Assembly: GCA_963820555.1 (NCBI GenBank)
Contig: CAWGAT010000043.1
Location: 1,554 to 65,553, forward strand
Source: Candidatus Bathyarchaeota archaeon
GTDB lineage: Archaea > Thermoproteota > Bathyarchaeia > TCS64
DNA length: 64,000 bases
Direction of reading: 5' to 3'
In this document: positions 29,950-40,935 of the stretch, one piece after another
How the letters are laid out: each line of letters opens with the position of its first letter
Position numbering within the stretch: position 1 is the first letter of the stretch
Translations under genes and position numbers: made by a program
The notes under the pieces: generated by a model
What the model saw: the letters and a program-made list of their open reading frames with translations, nothing else
Told to the model about the DNA's origin: nothing
The model's database searches: none

Positions 29950-30122
29950 TTGAGAAGGCAACGGAGTCTGGTCTCCCGGTTCGCGTGCTGCCCCCTTCAT
30001 CTCGTCCTAAAGTACCCTCAGGCTAACCCGAGGGCTCCGTTCTCGCTCGGTCATGCCTCTTGGCGTGGCTGGGCTCCTCCGGCCTCAGGTTCTCCCCGCG
30101 CTACACGGAAAGGACGACTCTA
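29950..30122. ncRNA. Candidate structured non-coding RNA (unclassified)
   Basis: GC-rich, ORF-free; several stems (30015-30034, 30052-30067, 29960-66/30035-41, 30002-08/30111-17). Confidence 0.35.
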
Positions 30123-30750
30123 ATCGTATTTGATAGTTCCGTTGCGTGGATGGTTCATCGACGCAGGTGGAAAGGGGATAACGTTATCCCCTCTTTGTCG
30201 CATCCCAGTAAATATTGTAACACCTAGCTGAGACCAAAAGCGGTTTACCCGGGGCGGTAAAACGGCTCAGGATTTCTAGCTGTGACTTGACTCATCTGGG
30301 TAAAAACGTCCGTATATAAGGCGGCCTAAGAGGAAACTAGTACAGAAGAGGCTCCATTAATGAAAGGTGTACAAATTATAAATCTATGAAATCTGGGAAA
30401 CAGAGCAAGGCCAAACTCTAACCATGTACCTCCAGCGACACGATTATCTCCCGAGACAAAATACGATAAACACTGTGTCAAAAAAATATGTAAACTGGAT
30501 TCGTAGCTTCACTGCCTCACCTGTTCAGGGACGCCTGTTTTTCGCACACAATCACCACCAACGCCTGGGCTCAAGGTGAGCGGAGAGCCTTCTCCGATAC
30601 ATGCCTCCATAAATTGTTCTACTCATACATTAGAACAGCTGTTCGAAACTCTAGTATTAAAAGCACAATGGATTCCACTCATTTTACGAGGAGATCAAGA
30701 CGGGCGTAACAATACCGGGAGTAGTAGGAACGTCGAAAAGGACCGCGTTA

Positions 30751-31680
30751 GTGATAGTAGTGATTGTCGTCCTAGCATCGGCGCTTGGTGTTGGCTACTT
30801 TTCCTCACCGAGTAAGCTCACTATCGGAACAACCGTTGTGACCCAAACTGTGACGTCATCAAGCTATGCAGACGCTGCGGGCACTCAAGCTGACGCGGCG
30901 ACGGCATCTAAATCTGCAGCCTCCGCTGGTAACCCACTGAACGCCATCTGGACAACTGAGACTGTCGGCCAGATTGGCGCGACGCCCACCGTGGTCACAG
31001 CGGAGGACTTCTCCAATAGGATGGTCGTGTACACCGCCTCGATTAGCCTCAAGGTTGACAAAGTCGAATCAGCGATCACAAGCCTCCAGCAGCTAACACA
31101 GAAGTATAAAGGCTACATCGCAAGTGTCTCCACAGGCACCGAGGATGGCAGCATAACCATCCGAGTCCCGCAGGCCTCCTTCTACGACGCCGTCGCTGAG
31201 GTCGAGACTATTGGCAAGGTCCAGAACCAGAACATTAACGGGGATGATGTCTCCGAGAAGTACGTCGACCTTCAGGCGCAGCTCACTAACATGAATAAGC
31301 AGGAGGTTAGGCTCCAGGAGATCCTCGGGCTCGCTAAGACCGTCGCGGAGGTCCTGACGGTTGAGCAGGAGCTCTCGAGAGTCCGTGGCACAATAGAGAG
31401 CCTAACGGGGCAGATTAACTACCTCAACAGCCGCGTCGAGCTCGCCACTCTCACTGTCTATTTCAACCAGACCCCTCTCATGCAGGCGGATTGGATTCCC
31501 CAACTCAACCTTTCGGGTCCCGTAAAGTCGGGTGCCCAGGTACTATTCACACTGGTTGAGGGAATGATCGTCCTCATCGTTGCCCTTGGACCATTTGCTG
31601 TCCTAATCGCGGCGATCTACTACTTCTACAGGCGCGTTTATTTGGCTAGAGTTAAATCTGGGAACCAGCCCCAAGTGTAA
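30751..31680 (+). CDS. DUF4349 domain membrane protein
   Basis: ITIRVP...DVSEKYVDL.A.L...VEQELSRVRGTIESL.GQ..YL..RV; C-terminal TM. Confidence 0.88.
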   Translation: MIVVIVVLASALGVGYFSSPSKLTIGTTVVTQTVTSSSYADAAGTQADAATASKSAASAGNPLNAIWTTETVGQIGATPTVVTAEDFSNRMVVYTASISLKVDKVESAITSLQQLTQKYKGYIASVSTGTEDGSITIRVPQASFYDAVAEVETIGKVQNQNINGDDVSEKYVDLQAQLTNMNKQEVRLQEILGLAKTVAEVLTVEQELSRVRGTIESLTGQINYLNSRVELATLTVYFNQTPLMQADWIPQLNLSGPVKSGAQVLFTLVEGMIVLIVALGPFAVLIAAIYYFYRRVYLARVKSGNQPQV

Positions 31681-32334
31681 TTCACTCACGAGTAGATCGA
31701 TCGATTAACAAACGCGAAAGTGGTCGTAGTCATCAAGCGTACGAGTACCTCTTGTGGGCTGCGTAGCTTCATAACCTTGACATGCTCTGCAACATCTGTA
31801 TTGCGCGCGTTTGGGCATGAGTCAATTAAGCGCGCTCATGTATAGGTTCACAGGCACGAACCTCGCCGAGTACCGCTTGAGGCTCTGGAAGCTGAATCTG
31901 GGCCTAAGTTTGTTGAGGCTGATGAAGGTTCCATCGTATAGCCTCAGTTTGAATTGCTTACGCCACAGCCTAGGCCACATTCTGTGGGCGTCAGTTTCCT
32001 CGAATCCAAGCGTAGAACCTCAGCAGGGTATGGGGTATGAAGGGCCTCAACTTCGCAGGCGCAGGTGCGCTAGTTCACTTATAAAACCTAAGCGTGAACC
32101 GAGAGGGGATGGAAACGTGAAAGAGAGGTTCTGTTTAAGAGGAGATTTGGGGCCTCTTCGGCCCCTGGTAGGTAAATCGGAGGCTACGGGAGTATGGTTG
32201 TAGTCCTCGAAAAATAGAACCAGTTATCGTTGTATTTGAAAAAAATCAATTCTTAATATTATAATATAAATTCAAGGCTCTAGCCACGAGGGAGGCGTGT
32301 AATAGGACAAATAACTTGACCTGCCCGCGCGCAA

Positions 32335-32586
32335 TCATTGCATCAGTCTCATGAGATCGCCAACATCCTCTAAATTTTCGTTCTCCATGAGCATCTTCAA
32401 AGATTCCTCGATCCTTTCTCCGGCTATCCCACCCCACTCGGCGCACTCCCGATACTTATCCTTCAGTTCCTCTTCTGTCATCGTATTCTCAGGTGTTCCC
32501 TTTGGTGGGAAATATATCGTTTCGAGCAACCTGCTATTCCTAGTCCTTACGAGTATCCTAACCTTCGAGGAGGGATACTCCATCAC
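32335..32586 (-). pseudogene. C-terminal fragment of MmgE/PrpD family protein
   Basis: PKGTPENTMTEEELKDKY; 5' part replaced by transposase remnant. Confidence 0.7.
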
Positions 32587-32990
32587 CCGGTCCGGTTGTT
32601 CATGGCTCTTACGCTGAAGGCCTCGATGTGTGTGCTGTCGACCGCGGCCACCTTTCCGATGAGGGTTCCCGGCTCGAGGAACATCCTCGTGAGTCCGTTG
32701 AAGACTTGATGGTAGGTCTCCTCCCCGAGGCGGTGTCTGAACTGGGTGAAGAGGCCGTGGCTGGGCGTCTGTTTTCTGAAGCCGTATACCTTGGCTGTCT
32801 TGTGGTCGTTTTCAAGCCTGAGGGAGAGTCGTTGGTCGCTGGGGATTCGGAGGAGGTGTTTGGCTAGTTGGACTTTAAGCATTGCGAGTGGTTTGATGGG
32901 TGTTCTGCCTGGTCCTGTGTTGTGGTAATGGTTCGCCAGGTTGCGCCTTATCTCGTCTATGTTGAGGGAGTCAAACATGCGCTTAACATT
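32583..32990 (-). mobile_element. Truncated IS transposase (IS5/IS1182-like N-terminal domain, first DDE Asp)
   Basis: GR.P..P.AML...SD..L...GF...PSH..F..FR.RL...AVDST; ends after first catalytic Asp. Confidence 0.8.
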
Positions 32991-33166
32991 TAACTTCCCT
33001 TCAATGGATAGTGGGCCTTGGTTCTATAATAATTTCTAAACAACCAATCGCGCGAACCGGGTCGCGGATTACCGTTGAAGTTACTCTGAAATAACGTATA
33101 TAGTTGATTCAACAATTGTATCCATTCACAGAGTTGTAAATCCAGTGTAGACTCTGGGATGATAAA

Positions 33167-33958
33167 ATGGCTTCTCCAGACATCACAGAAAAGGAGTCAA
33201 AAGACGAGTCAGAGACCTCACCTAACACCATCCTGAGGGTGATTGACCTCACCAAGAAGTTCGGAGACTTCACAGCGGTTGACCACATAAGCTTCGAGAT
33301 CCATAGGGGGGAAGTGTTTGGGCTACTTGGCCACAATGGAGCCGGTAAGACAACGACCGTCAACTTGCTTGCCGGCCTCAAGCTCCCGACTGAGGGCACG
33401 GCCACTATTTCAGGATTCGATATAAGGAAGAAACCCCTGGATGCTCGAATGAGGATCGGCTTTTTACCTGATAACCCCGGAAACTACCTCCACCTCACGG
33501 CGAAGCAGAACCTAGAATTCTTCGCCGAGCTCTCAGACCTAAAGAAAGAAGCTGCCTCGAAACGAATCTCCGAGTTGCTTGAGTTGGTTGGGCTGACCGA
33601 GTGGAGCGACAAGAAGGTGGAGGTATTCAGCAGGGGCATGAAGCAGCGGCTTGGGCTCGCTCAGAGTCTGATGCGGGATCCTGATCTGCTCTTCTTAGAT
33701 GAGCCGACCCTCGGAATCGATCCAGAGGGAACGAGACAGATGCGTGGATTGATTAAAAAATTAGCGGGCGAGGGTAAGGGCATCCTGATCTGCAGCCATT
33801 TGCTGAGTGAGGTTAGCAGGATCTGCGACACGATTGCGATCATGAGACGGGGTAAAATAGTGGTGATTGGCACTATCCCCGAGTTAAGGAAGAAGCTTGG
33901 ACTGGGTGATGACATCGATCTTGAGGAGATCTTCATTCAAGTCCATGAGGGTGAATAA
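33167..33958 (+). CDS. ABC transporter ATP-binding protein
   Basis: GHNGAGKTT, FSRGMKQR, LDEPT, H-loop. Confidence 0.95.
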   Translation: MASPDITEKESKDESETSPNTILRVIDLTKKFGDFTAVDHISFEIHRGEVFGLLGHNGAGKTTTVNLLAGLKLPTEGTATISGFDIRKKPLDARMRIGFLPDNPGNYLHLTAKQNLEFFAELSDLKKEAASKRISELLELVGLTEWSDKKVEVFSRGMKQRLGLAQSLMRDPDLLFLDEPTLGIDPEGTRQMRGLIKKLAGEGKGILICSHLLSEVSRICDTIAIMRRGKIVVIGTIPELRKKLGLGDDIDLEEIFIQVHEGE

Positions 33959-34930
33959 TTGCCTGGAATACTCACCATCGCCAAGAAGGAGTTCATGGAC
34001 CACGTCTCGGATCAGACCTTTCTGCTCTGCTTCGGAACCCTCCTCATCGTGATGGTCGCCTCAACATTCTATCAGCTGGACTATATTCACCAGCAGATGG
34101 TTAGTTTGGCCCCCAGCTCAGGTTTCATCGAGAGTGAGCTCTGGAAGGATAACCGAGTCTCCGAGATGCTGCAGACCGTTTTGACTGAGAACATATCCTC
34201 CCTCGGCGCCCTGGTTGCCATCGCATTGAGCTTCAACTCCATTAATAAGGAGCGATCCGAGGGGAGTCTCCGAGTCCTGCTATCCTATCCAATTAGAAAG
34301 GCGAAGATAATTCTCGGTAAGCTGCTTGGAGGCCTCATAGTCATCGTCATAGTCGTCCTGACCTCGATGGTGATCTCCCTAAGCATAGAGATGTACTCGT
34401 TGTCGATACCCCTCACGGGAGAGGTCTTCCTGAGGCTGGTTACGATAATAGGTCTCGGGATCGTTCTCTTGGCGTTCTTCCTCTGCCTCGGCACAGCCGT
34501 GTCAATAGTTGTCCGGGACCCATCCACGTGCCTCATCAGCCTGCTCATCATCACAACACTCCTTCAGGTAAACACCATAGCCATGATTCTCGTGGCAGTG
34601 GGCAATCTTTTCCCAAGATCCCTTACTATAAACGGGGGCCGCGCCAATTTGCAGTACTCCCCAAGCATGTATAGCTGGCAGAGACCCCCTGTACTATCTC
34701 TGATAAATAAAAACTGGCTGAGAGTATCGCCGGTCCTTGCCTACCGCACAGTCTCAGACAATATTTTCCACTTCCAGAACGTCTTTACATCAGGTAAAAT
34801 CGAGATCATTCCAATTGAATTCTGGTGGCTCCTACCTAGGAACATCGATCTCATGTGGACGCCTGTCATCTACTTGGTAGTCGCATTCCTAGGTTGCATC
34901 GTCCTGTTTCAGTGGAGGGACATTGATTGA
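33959..34930 (+). CDS. ABC-2 type exporter permease
   Basis: IAKKEF, SINKERSEGSLRVLLSYP, multi-TM. Confidence 0.9.
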   Translation: MPGILTIAKKEFMDHVSDQTFLLCFGTLLIVMVASTFYQLDYIHQQMVSLAPSSGFIESELWKDNRVSEMLQTVLTENISSLGALVAIALSFNSINKERSEGSLRVLLSYPIRKAKIILGKLLGGLIVIVIVVLTSMVISLSIEMYSLSIPLTGEVFLRLVTIIGLGIVLLAFFLCLGTAVSIVVRDPSTCLISLLIITTLLQVNTIAMILVAVGNLFPRSLTINGGRANLQYSPSMYSWQRPPVLSLINKNWLRVSPVLAYRTVSDNIFHFQNVFTSGKIEIIPIEFWWLLPRNIDLMWTPVIYLVVAFLGCIVLFQWRDID

Positions 34931-34974
34931 CCACTTCATCAATTTTGGGCAGTGACAATATGGGGGAGCCATAG

Positions 34975-35877
34975 ATGCCTGGGATATTCACGATCGTCAA
35001 GAAAGAGATCTCAGACGCTGTGACAAACAAGTCATTTCTGCTCTCCTTCGGAATCCTCGTTTTATGCATGGCTCTAGCTGGCTTCGCGGCTGGAAACGCA
35101 TTCAACTCGCAGCGTTTTACGTCATCCAGGGACCGATTGCTCATTCTACGCGACATCGCTCCAGTAATCACTCTGCTTGGAGCCCTCGTGGCAGTTGCCC
35201 TGGGTTTCAACTCGATTAACAAGGAGAGGCCTGAGGGGAGTCTCAAAGTCATGTTATCTTACCCAATCTACCGGGACCAGATTATTCTGGGGAAACTCTT
35301 AGGTAACCTCATAATTACCTCGATCGCGACAACCGCCTCAACGGGAATATCTCTGGCACTTTATCTCCAAATAACCAAAATTGTGCTGGACCCCGAGATG
35401 CTGGTCCGTTACGCGACATTAACCATTCTAGCGATTCTTCTACTAGGTGGTTACCTAGGGCTGAGTATCCTCCTATCAGCCTCCATTAAGGATCCTAAGA
35501 CGACGCTCTTAGTCACATTTCTCTTCCTAGGTGTATTCAACTCTGAGACCCTTTACTCGTATGGACAGATAGTGTCCAAACTCGTGTATGGGAACCAGCT
35601 GAGGGTATTTGGGCCCGGAGGATCCGTCCCAGTGTATCCCCCCGCGAAAGCGATTCAAGACTTTATCTCCAGTCTCTCCCCAGCGTATGACTTTACTACA
35701 TTCTCCACGAATCTGGGCAACTACCTTCAACCATTTACCGCAAACGGGGTCGTTATCAACGCGCGTTTCTGGGATCTCATAACAAATAACCTAGTGTTCC
35801 TACCCGTCTTGATCATCTTACCCCTCGTAACTTTCATCGGTTGCTATGTATTATTCACTAAAACGGACATCGATTAG
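34975..35877 (+). CDS. ABC-2 type exporter permease (paralogue)
   Basis: SINKERPEGSLKVMLSYP, multi-TM. Confidence 0.9.
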   Translation: MPGIFTIVKKEISDAVTNKSFLLSFGILVLCMALAGFAAGNAFNSQRFTSSRDRLLILRDIAPVITLLGALVAVALGFNSINKERPEGSLKVMLSYPIYRDQIILGKLLGNLIITSIATTASTGISLALYLQITKIVLDPEMLVRYATLTILAILLLGGYLGLSILLSASIKDPKTTLLVTFLFLGVFNSETLYSYGQIVSKLVYGNQLRVFGPGGSVPVYPPAKAIQDFISSLSPAYDFTTFSTNLGNYLQPFTANGVVINARFWDLITNNLVFLPVLIILPLVTFIGCYVLFTKTDID

Positions 35878-35933
35878 AGACTCAGCAGACTGTTCACACA
35901 CTCTGGCTATGCAAATTCGTAAATAACCAATTT

Positions 35934-37752
35934 GTGACTATGCTCATTATGGGTTTCTCAAAGAGTTTCGCTCAATCTGAGTGGAGGCTAGGTATTAAGA
36001 TCCAAAGGGTGTTTGCTTTACTTTTTCTGATGTCCCTGATGGTTCAAGTGACGGCGATGATAAGGGCTGATTCCTATAACTTCCACGGCGTAATTGTTGA
36101 TGAGGCGGGTAACCCGATCTCAAACGTGGAAATTCAGGTCTATGACATGCTAAAGGTATCAAGCCAGAATTATCAGAACGGTTATTACGTCACAACTGCG
36201 TCGACTCAAAGCGATGGCTCCTACAAGATACCGCTGTACAGTGGCACATTCAAACTGGTGTACGGCAAAGGCGGTTATGTGAAACAGACTAAGATACTGG
36301 GGTTCACAATAACGCAAGACGTTGATCTCGGAGAGACGACTCTGATGAGGAGCGTCTCCATCACGCTGACCACAATAGAGCGGACAGCGGCTCCCGGTAC
36401 GATCCTCACCGTTCCCATGACGATCGTAAACGTCGGGGACCAAGACGAGTCCGTCCAGTTGCAGACATTCAACAAGGCAAACTGGACAACAACGATCCTG
36501 GATAGCATAGGTGAGGTGGATGCCGTAACCGTGAAACCCGGGGCATCCACGCAGCTAAACCTGAGAATCATCATCCCCGTAGACGCAACTGGGACCACCG
36601 TCGTTAATGTAACAGCGATAGGCGCCGCAACAGCCGAGTCGACCCTGAAAATCACTGTTGTGGGGGTGCTATCGCACTTCGTCAGTTGCCAGTATCCGTC
36701 GAGAGAGACCTCACCCGGAGCGGAGGTATCATTCAATGTAGCGGTCACAAACCCCTATCCCTACCAGGTTGAGGCGAGGTTCACCTTGAAGGGCGTCCCG
36801 GATGACTGGAACCCCTTGATCCTAAACGATGCGAAAGCCCAGATACAGTCCACGAATATACTCGGTGGTGGGTCGAGCGAGATCACGATAATCGTCGATG
36901 TACCCCAGACCATTAAGGTGAATACGACGGTCGCCGCGGAGCTTCAGACTAGCCTTGGGGGACTAGTTGATTCTACTCCTCTCAACATCGTCGTTCAACA
37001 TCGACTGTTGGCGTTAGGGATCAAAACGAGTTACCCTACTCAGACCGTTGAACTCGGCAAATCGGCTTCGTTCCCAATCACACTGTCTAATCCAGGGGAG
37101 ACTGATGAGACGTTGAGCCTTTCGATGGATTACCTACCAGCCAAGTGGGGTGGAAGCTTCACGACGGAGGCGGGTGGAGCAATCCAGTCGATACTCATAG
37201 ATGCACGTTCGAGTGTGAACCTCTTCGCCGTATTCAAACCCAACGTCGATGCGAAACCGTTAGTCTATAATATAGTGGTTAAAGCGATTTCGGCCAACCT
37301 TAATGGAACCCTCGGCCTCAGAGTCGAGCTGGTCGGAAACACAGATATGACATTGAAAGTCGCTAACCTCTACGGCCAGATGAATGTGGGAGAGACGAAA
37401 GACATCCAGGTGACACTCGAGAACACTGGCTACTCAACGATCACGTATCCTACACTGCTCATAGACCCATCCATCAACACAATCGTGGTCGAATACTCTC
37501 CAATCGACGTGATCGCGATCCTACCGGGTCAGTCACAGGTATTCACACTTCATGTGACGGCGCAGGAGGGAACCGCCCAGGGTGATTACATCGTTGATGT
37601 CCGAGGGTATAGCCCCGAGGTTCTTGACCGATCCCGTCGATATTCGCATGACTGTGGCGGCCAGTGGGTCGCAGACGTTGATAATTGCCGGCGTACTGGT
37701 CGTGGCGTTTGCCTCAATACTCCTCGTGTATAGAAGATTTAGAAGAAGGTAA
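35934..37752 (+). CDS. Surface protein with carboxypeptidase-regulatory-like and repeated Ig-like (NEW3/NPCBM-associated) domains; frameshift near 37625 before the TM anchor
   Basis: Signal-like N-terminus, repeated PG...N.G...P..W beta-sandwich units; alternate frame gives TM + RRFRRR*. Confidence 0.75.
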
Positions 37753-37987
37753 GATTCCAACGCGAGAGGTTGAAGCGTACGCGCTTTGTGAAGACATAAT
37801 TTTCCCTGTTTGAGTCCCTTTTACGATGCTCTATGGATGCTATCGCGCGTACGTAATGGAGCAAAGAGATTCCATACCTGATCTGTTACCACCAAAAATG
37901 ATGGCTATGGCTGATGGTAAGTTGTCTGGCGCCCTCTCAACAACCTTTTTGTCATCCTAAACAATGAATAAGATGAAAAGGCACCCC

Positions 37988-38332
37988 TCAACTTGAGAGC
38001 CCCTTTTCCATAAAATTATCTAAATCCACGAACATTCTCCTGTAGTATTTGAGTAAATATTCAACCTTTTCTTCCCCATACTTTGTGAGCCTATACGTTT
38101 TCTTCCCATCCATCACTAATACATCAATTAAATTATCCTTCTCCATCCTGTAAAGAAGTGGATAGAGAGTGCCTGGACTTAATAAGACGCCGAATTGTTT
38201 GTGCACGTCAGCGATTAACTTGTATCCATACTCGGGTTTGTTCCTTAATATGCAGAGAATTATGACATCCAAGAGAGATTTGATGAGTTGATTGTTGAGA
38301 TTATCCCCGGTTCGCAAGTACGTATATACCAT
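37988..38332 (-). CDS. PadR family transcriptional regulator
   Basis: YGY.L...SPGTLYPLLYRMEK...K.Y.LT..G. Confidence 0.9.
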   Translation of the reverse strand: MVYTYLRTGDNLNNQLIKSLLDVIILCILRNKPEYGYKLIADVHKQFGVLLSPGTLYPLLYRMEKDNLIDVLVMDGKKTYRLTKYGEEKVEYLLKYYRRMFVDLDNFMEKGLSS

Positions 38333-38368
38333 ATTAATTCACTCTGTCGATTCAATACTTTGTAATGG

Positions 38369-38731
38369 TTAGTCTCCTACCTCCTGCAACTTACCATTAA
38401 CTCTCGGTAATTCCCCAAGCAAACGTCCTATCTTATTTAAGAGATAATCGATCTCCAAATCTATCTGCTCCATGTATTCGCTAAACAGTTCTCGTGTATC
38501 CATTATTTTCTCAGCGTTACTCGCGATCTCTTTGATGAGAGCCAGAAAGACATCAATGAATGCGATGATCTCCCTATATTCAGGTTTACCCTTAAACGTC
38601 CTCTTAATTTCAAGTGTCTGCTCTTCGAGTCCAAACATCTTGGAATGCGAGGAAAAGAGTGATTTATTGAACCTTAAGAGAAGTTCTCTTCTCTTGGCCT
38701 TCGACATCTCATCCGAGAACAATTTGGACAA
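38369..38731 (-). CDS. Hypothetical helical protein
   Basis: 120-aa ORF in co-oriented run. Confidence 0.5.
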   Translation of the reverse strand: MSKLFSDEMSKAKRRELLLRFNKSLFSSHSKMFGLEEQTLEIKRTFKGKPEYREIIAFIDVFLALIKEIASNAEKIMDTRELFSEYMEQIDLEIDYLLNKIGRLLGELPRVNGKLQEVGD

Positions 38732-38845
38732 CCATTCCGCAGTTTTTCTTCTAATGGTTTTAATAACGATATTATTAATGAAATCTTATTGTGGGTGGTT
38801 CTTCCAAACCGCATCTTTGATTTTCATGGTATAATTCGTTCTTAC

Positions 38846-39196
38846 CTAAACAACGTAAAACTCTTCTACCCAAGTTACTGTAACGGGCTTGGTATCAGTG
38901 TTAACGATGGATACATACAGCCAGGGCTGATTCCACAGATAAGTAAGGCTAGCTTTACCGTTCGAAGACACTATGTAAGCATCTGCATAAATCGCACCCT
39001 GATGCTGAAATTGATGAAATAATCCCTGCCCCACTGGTATTGTTTGTGTATATGTCCTTCTATCCCACCAACCAAGTGGCATTGCATTCACTTTTGGAGG
39101 GGCAAGACAGCTCAAAACTCCCAGTAGGACCAAGCCGATAAAGACTATTCTTGACACCGTTATTTCTTTTCTAGATTGGTTTGTTTGACTTGACAT
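38846..39196 (-). CDS. Small secreted protein
   Basis: Hydrophobic signal ending VNA, then a ~78-aa aromatic-rich beta domain. Confidence 0.6.
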   Translation of the reverse strand: MSSQTNQSRKEITVSRIVFIGLVLLGVLSCLAPPKVNAMPLGWWDRRTYTQTIPVGQGLFHQFQHQGAIYADAYIVSSNGKASLTYLWNQPWLYVSIVNTDTKPVTVTWVEEFYVV

Positions 39197-39262
39197 CTCA
39201 GGTCAGAAAATATCGCTAGTGTAATCTATGAAAAGGATTGCCTGTAACCGTTTGCAACAGTT

Positions 39263-39787
39263 TCACGGTGTGTCTAACGTTTCTATATTCGTTTTTAGAT
39301 GTATTATGTTGGTTATGCCGTATTTCTCTCGTGTTATTAAATCGTATTGTTCAAATCTATCCAATACCCTGATGATTTTATGTTTAGGAAGTTTACTCTC
39401 CTTTACTAAGTCACTCTGTATCATTTCAGGCTGATTTTTGATAAGTATATTTAAAACCATCTTTTCCTCTGATGTTAAATATTTAGTCCTACTGATCGTT
39501 GCAGTTTTTTCATATGTTTCTGTTACTACATTTATTATTACATCCTTCATCCAAAGTTTTGTAAGGAAATATGAACCTAAGATGGTGATGGCTAACAAAA
39601 AGGGGGCTAGCATTAACATCGGACCTGCTAAGAAGCGTAGTGTCTCCATTCGGCTTATTGGAAAATTAAAAGTTATATCGTTCTCGTTAAGCCCACTTAT
39701 TTCCGCCCATAACAAATAGAATGATGTAGCAGATAATGCTAAGGCAATTAATATAATTGAAAAGACAGGTGAGATTTTTTTCTTCAT
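39263..39787 (-). CDS. Membrane-anchored HTH regulator (2 TM + wHTH)
   Basis: Two TMs then L..EE..V...QSDLV....L.K.KI.RVL.R.E...LI.REKYG.TN. Confidence 0.8.
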   Translation of the reverse strand: MKKKISPVFSIILIALALSATSFYLLWAEISGLNENDITFNFPISRMETLRFLAGPMLMLAPFLLAITILGSYFLTKLWMKDVIINVVTETYEKTATISRTKYLTSEEKMVLNILIKNQPEMIQSDLVKESKLPKHKIIRVLDRFEQYDLITREKYGITNIIHLKTNIETLDTP

Positions 39788-39845
39788 TGGTTCAATAGGT
39801 TATGTACCGACTTATTTTATACTTGCTACCTATAGTTGCAGACAG

Positions 39846-40163
39846 TTGCATGAAAATGTCTTAAATTGTAATCCTTCTCAGTGTGCTAAAGGGATGTTAG
39901 AATTGAATGAATATCAACTGAAAATGGAGATAGAGATGCAACGGGGACAATCGCCATATTCATACTGGACTATTGGTATCACTGATGATCCAACACGTAG
40001 GAGAGGCGAACACGATGCAGAAGAAAAAAATACAAAGTACTGGCATTCTTGGAAAGCCGATTCAGAAATTATAGCACGAGGGGTTGAAGAGTGGTTCCAA
40101 GGAAAGGGCATGAAATGTGGAATGGGTGGGGGGACTCATCTCACATATGTGTATATTTTTTGA
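39846..40163 (+). CDS. Small hypothetical protein, GIY-YIG-like
   Basis: WTIGITDDP.RR..EH...A..VE. Confidence 0.45.
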   Translation: MHENVLNCNPSQCAKGMLELNEYQLKMEIEMQRGQSPYSYWTIGITDDPTRRRGEHDAEEKNTKYWHSWKADSEIIARGVEEWFQGKGMKCGMGGGTHLTYVYIF

Positions 40164-40201
40164 AGAAATCAGTTATTATAACTTTTAGAACAGTGTATCA
40201 C

Positions 40202-40522
40202 TTATACGACCTGATCCAGTCTATCGATTAGTTTTCTCATGTTTTTGTTCCCATCCGATGTTACTACACAATTCATATTTTCTACAGTTTTTAATATATA
40301 ATTCTCCCAATGTAAGGGTTGTAGGTTTGATAAATCATCTCCACCGCCTTGAGGTTTTGGTTTAATATGATCGATTCGCCAACTATAATCATTGTTTTTC
40401 CCATAAGATGATCTATAGATCCATGCACCGCATTTGTCTTTGCGCCATTTCTCAGGGTCTACATTAGGCATCACCGATCCCTTCTCCCAGACTTGTTGAA
40501 TCTGAGACTCGGAGAAACTCAT
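40202..40522 (-). CDS. HNH endonuclease
   Basis: W.IDHI.P...GG.D.LSNLQPLHW.N. Confidence 0.85.
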   Translation of the reverse strand: MSFSESQIQQVWEKGSVMPNVDPEKWRKDKCGAWIYRSSYGKNNDYSWRIDHIKPKPQGGGDDLSNLQPLHWENYILKTVENMNCVVTSDGNKNMRKLIDRLDQVV

Positions 40523-40935
40523 CGATCACACTTCAGTCCGATAGACGGCATTAACAGTTTATTTAATTTCCATGCAACGGACTGCAACAGTCATAATGAT
40601 TGATACTTGAAGATTCGGAATTGTTTGACGGGCCTTTGAACATTTTTCAATTGGTGAAGGTCAATGAAATTAATTATTAGCCCTGTGTATTGAGACGTGG
40701 CTCTTTACAAGCTGCGCCAGTACATTGTATATGTCTAAGCTCGGCTCCTTCCCCTAAATAAACATCCACATCAACAATGAGCGCCAGCGCGCTGTCTTCA
40801 AGCCTGAAGAATACGATAAAGCATCATAAAAAAAAAGTAGGCTCGTAACCCTCTCTTTTCAATAGTCTCATACTCAGCTCCATTAAGAATCAACCGTGAT
40901 TGAATGGTTGACCGTGCGCGATATAGAAAGGTTTA

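Noticed and set aside
29950-30122. Glycine or c-di-GMP-I riboswitch, RNase P or SRP RNA
   Set aside because: Only scattered sub-motifs (GGAGA, CTCAGG, CCTCCGGCCT) on inconsistent strands; full signatures absent.
31811-32203. 130-aa ORF as a gene
   Set aside because: TTG start, no recognisable motif, atypical composition.
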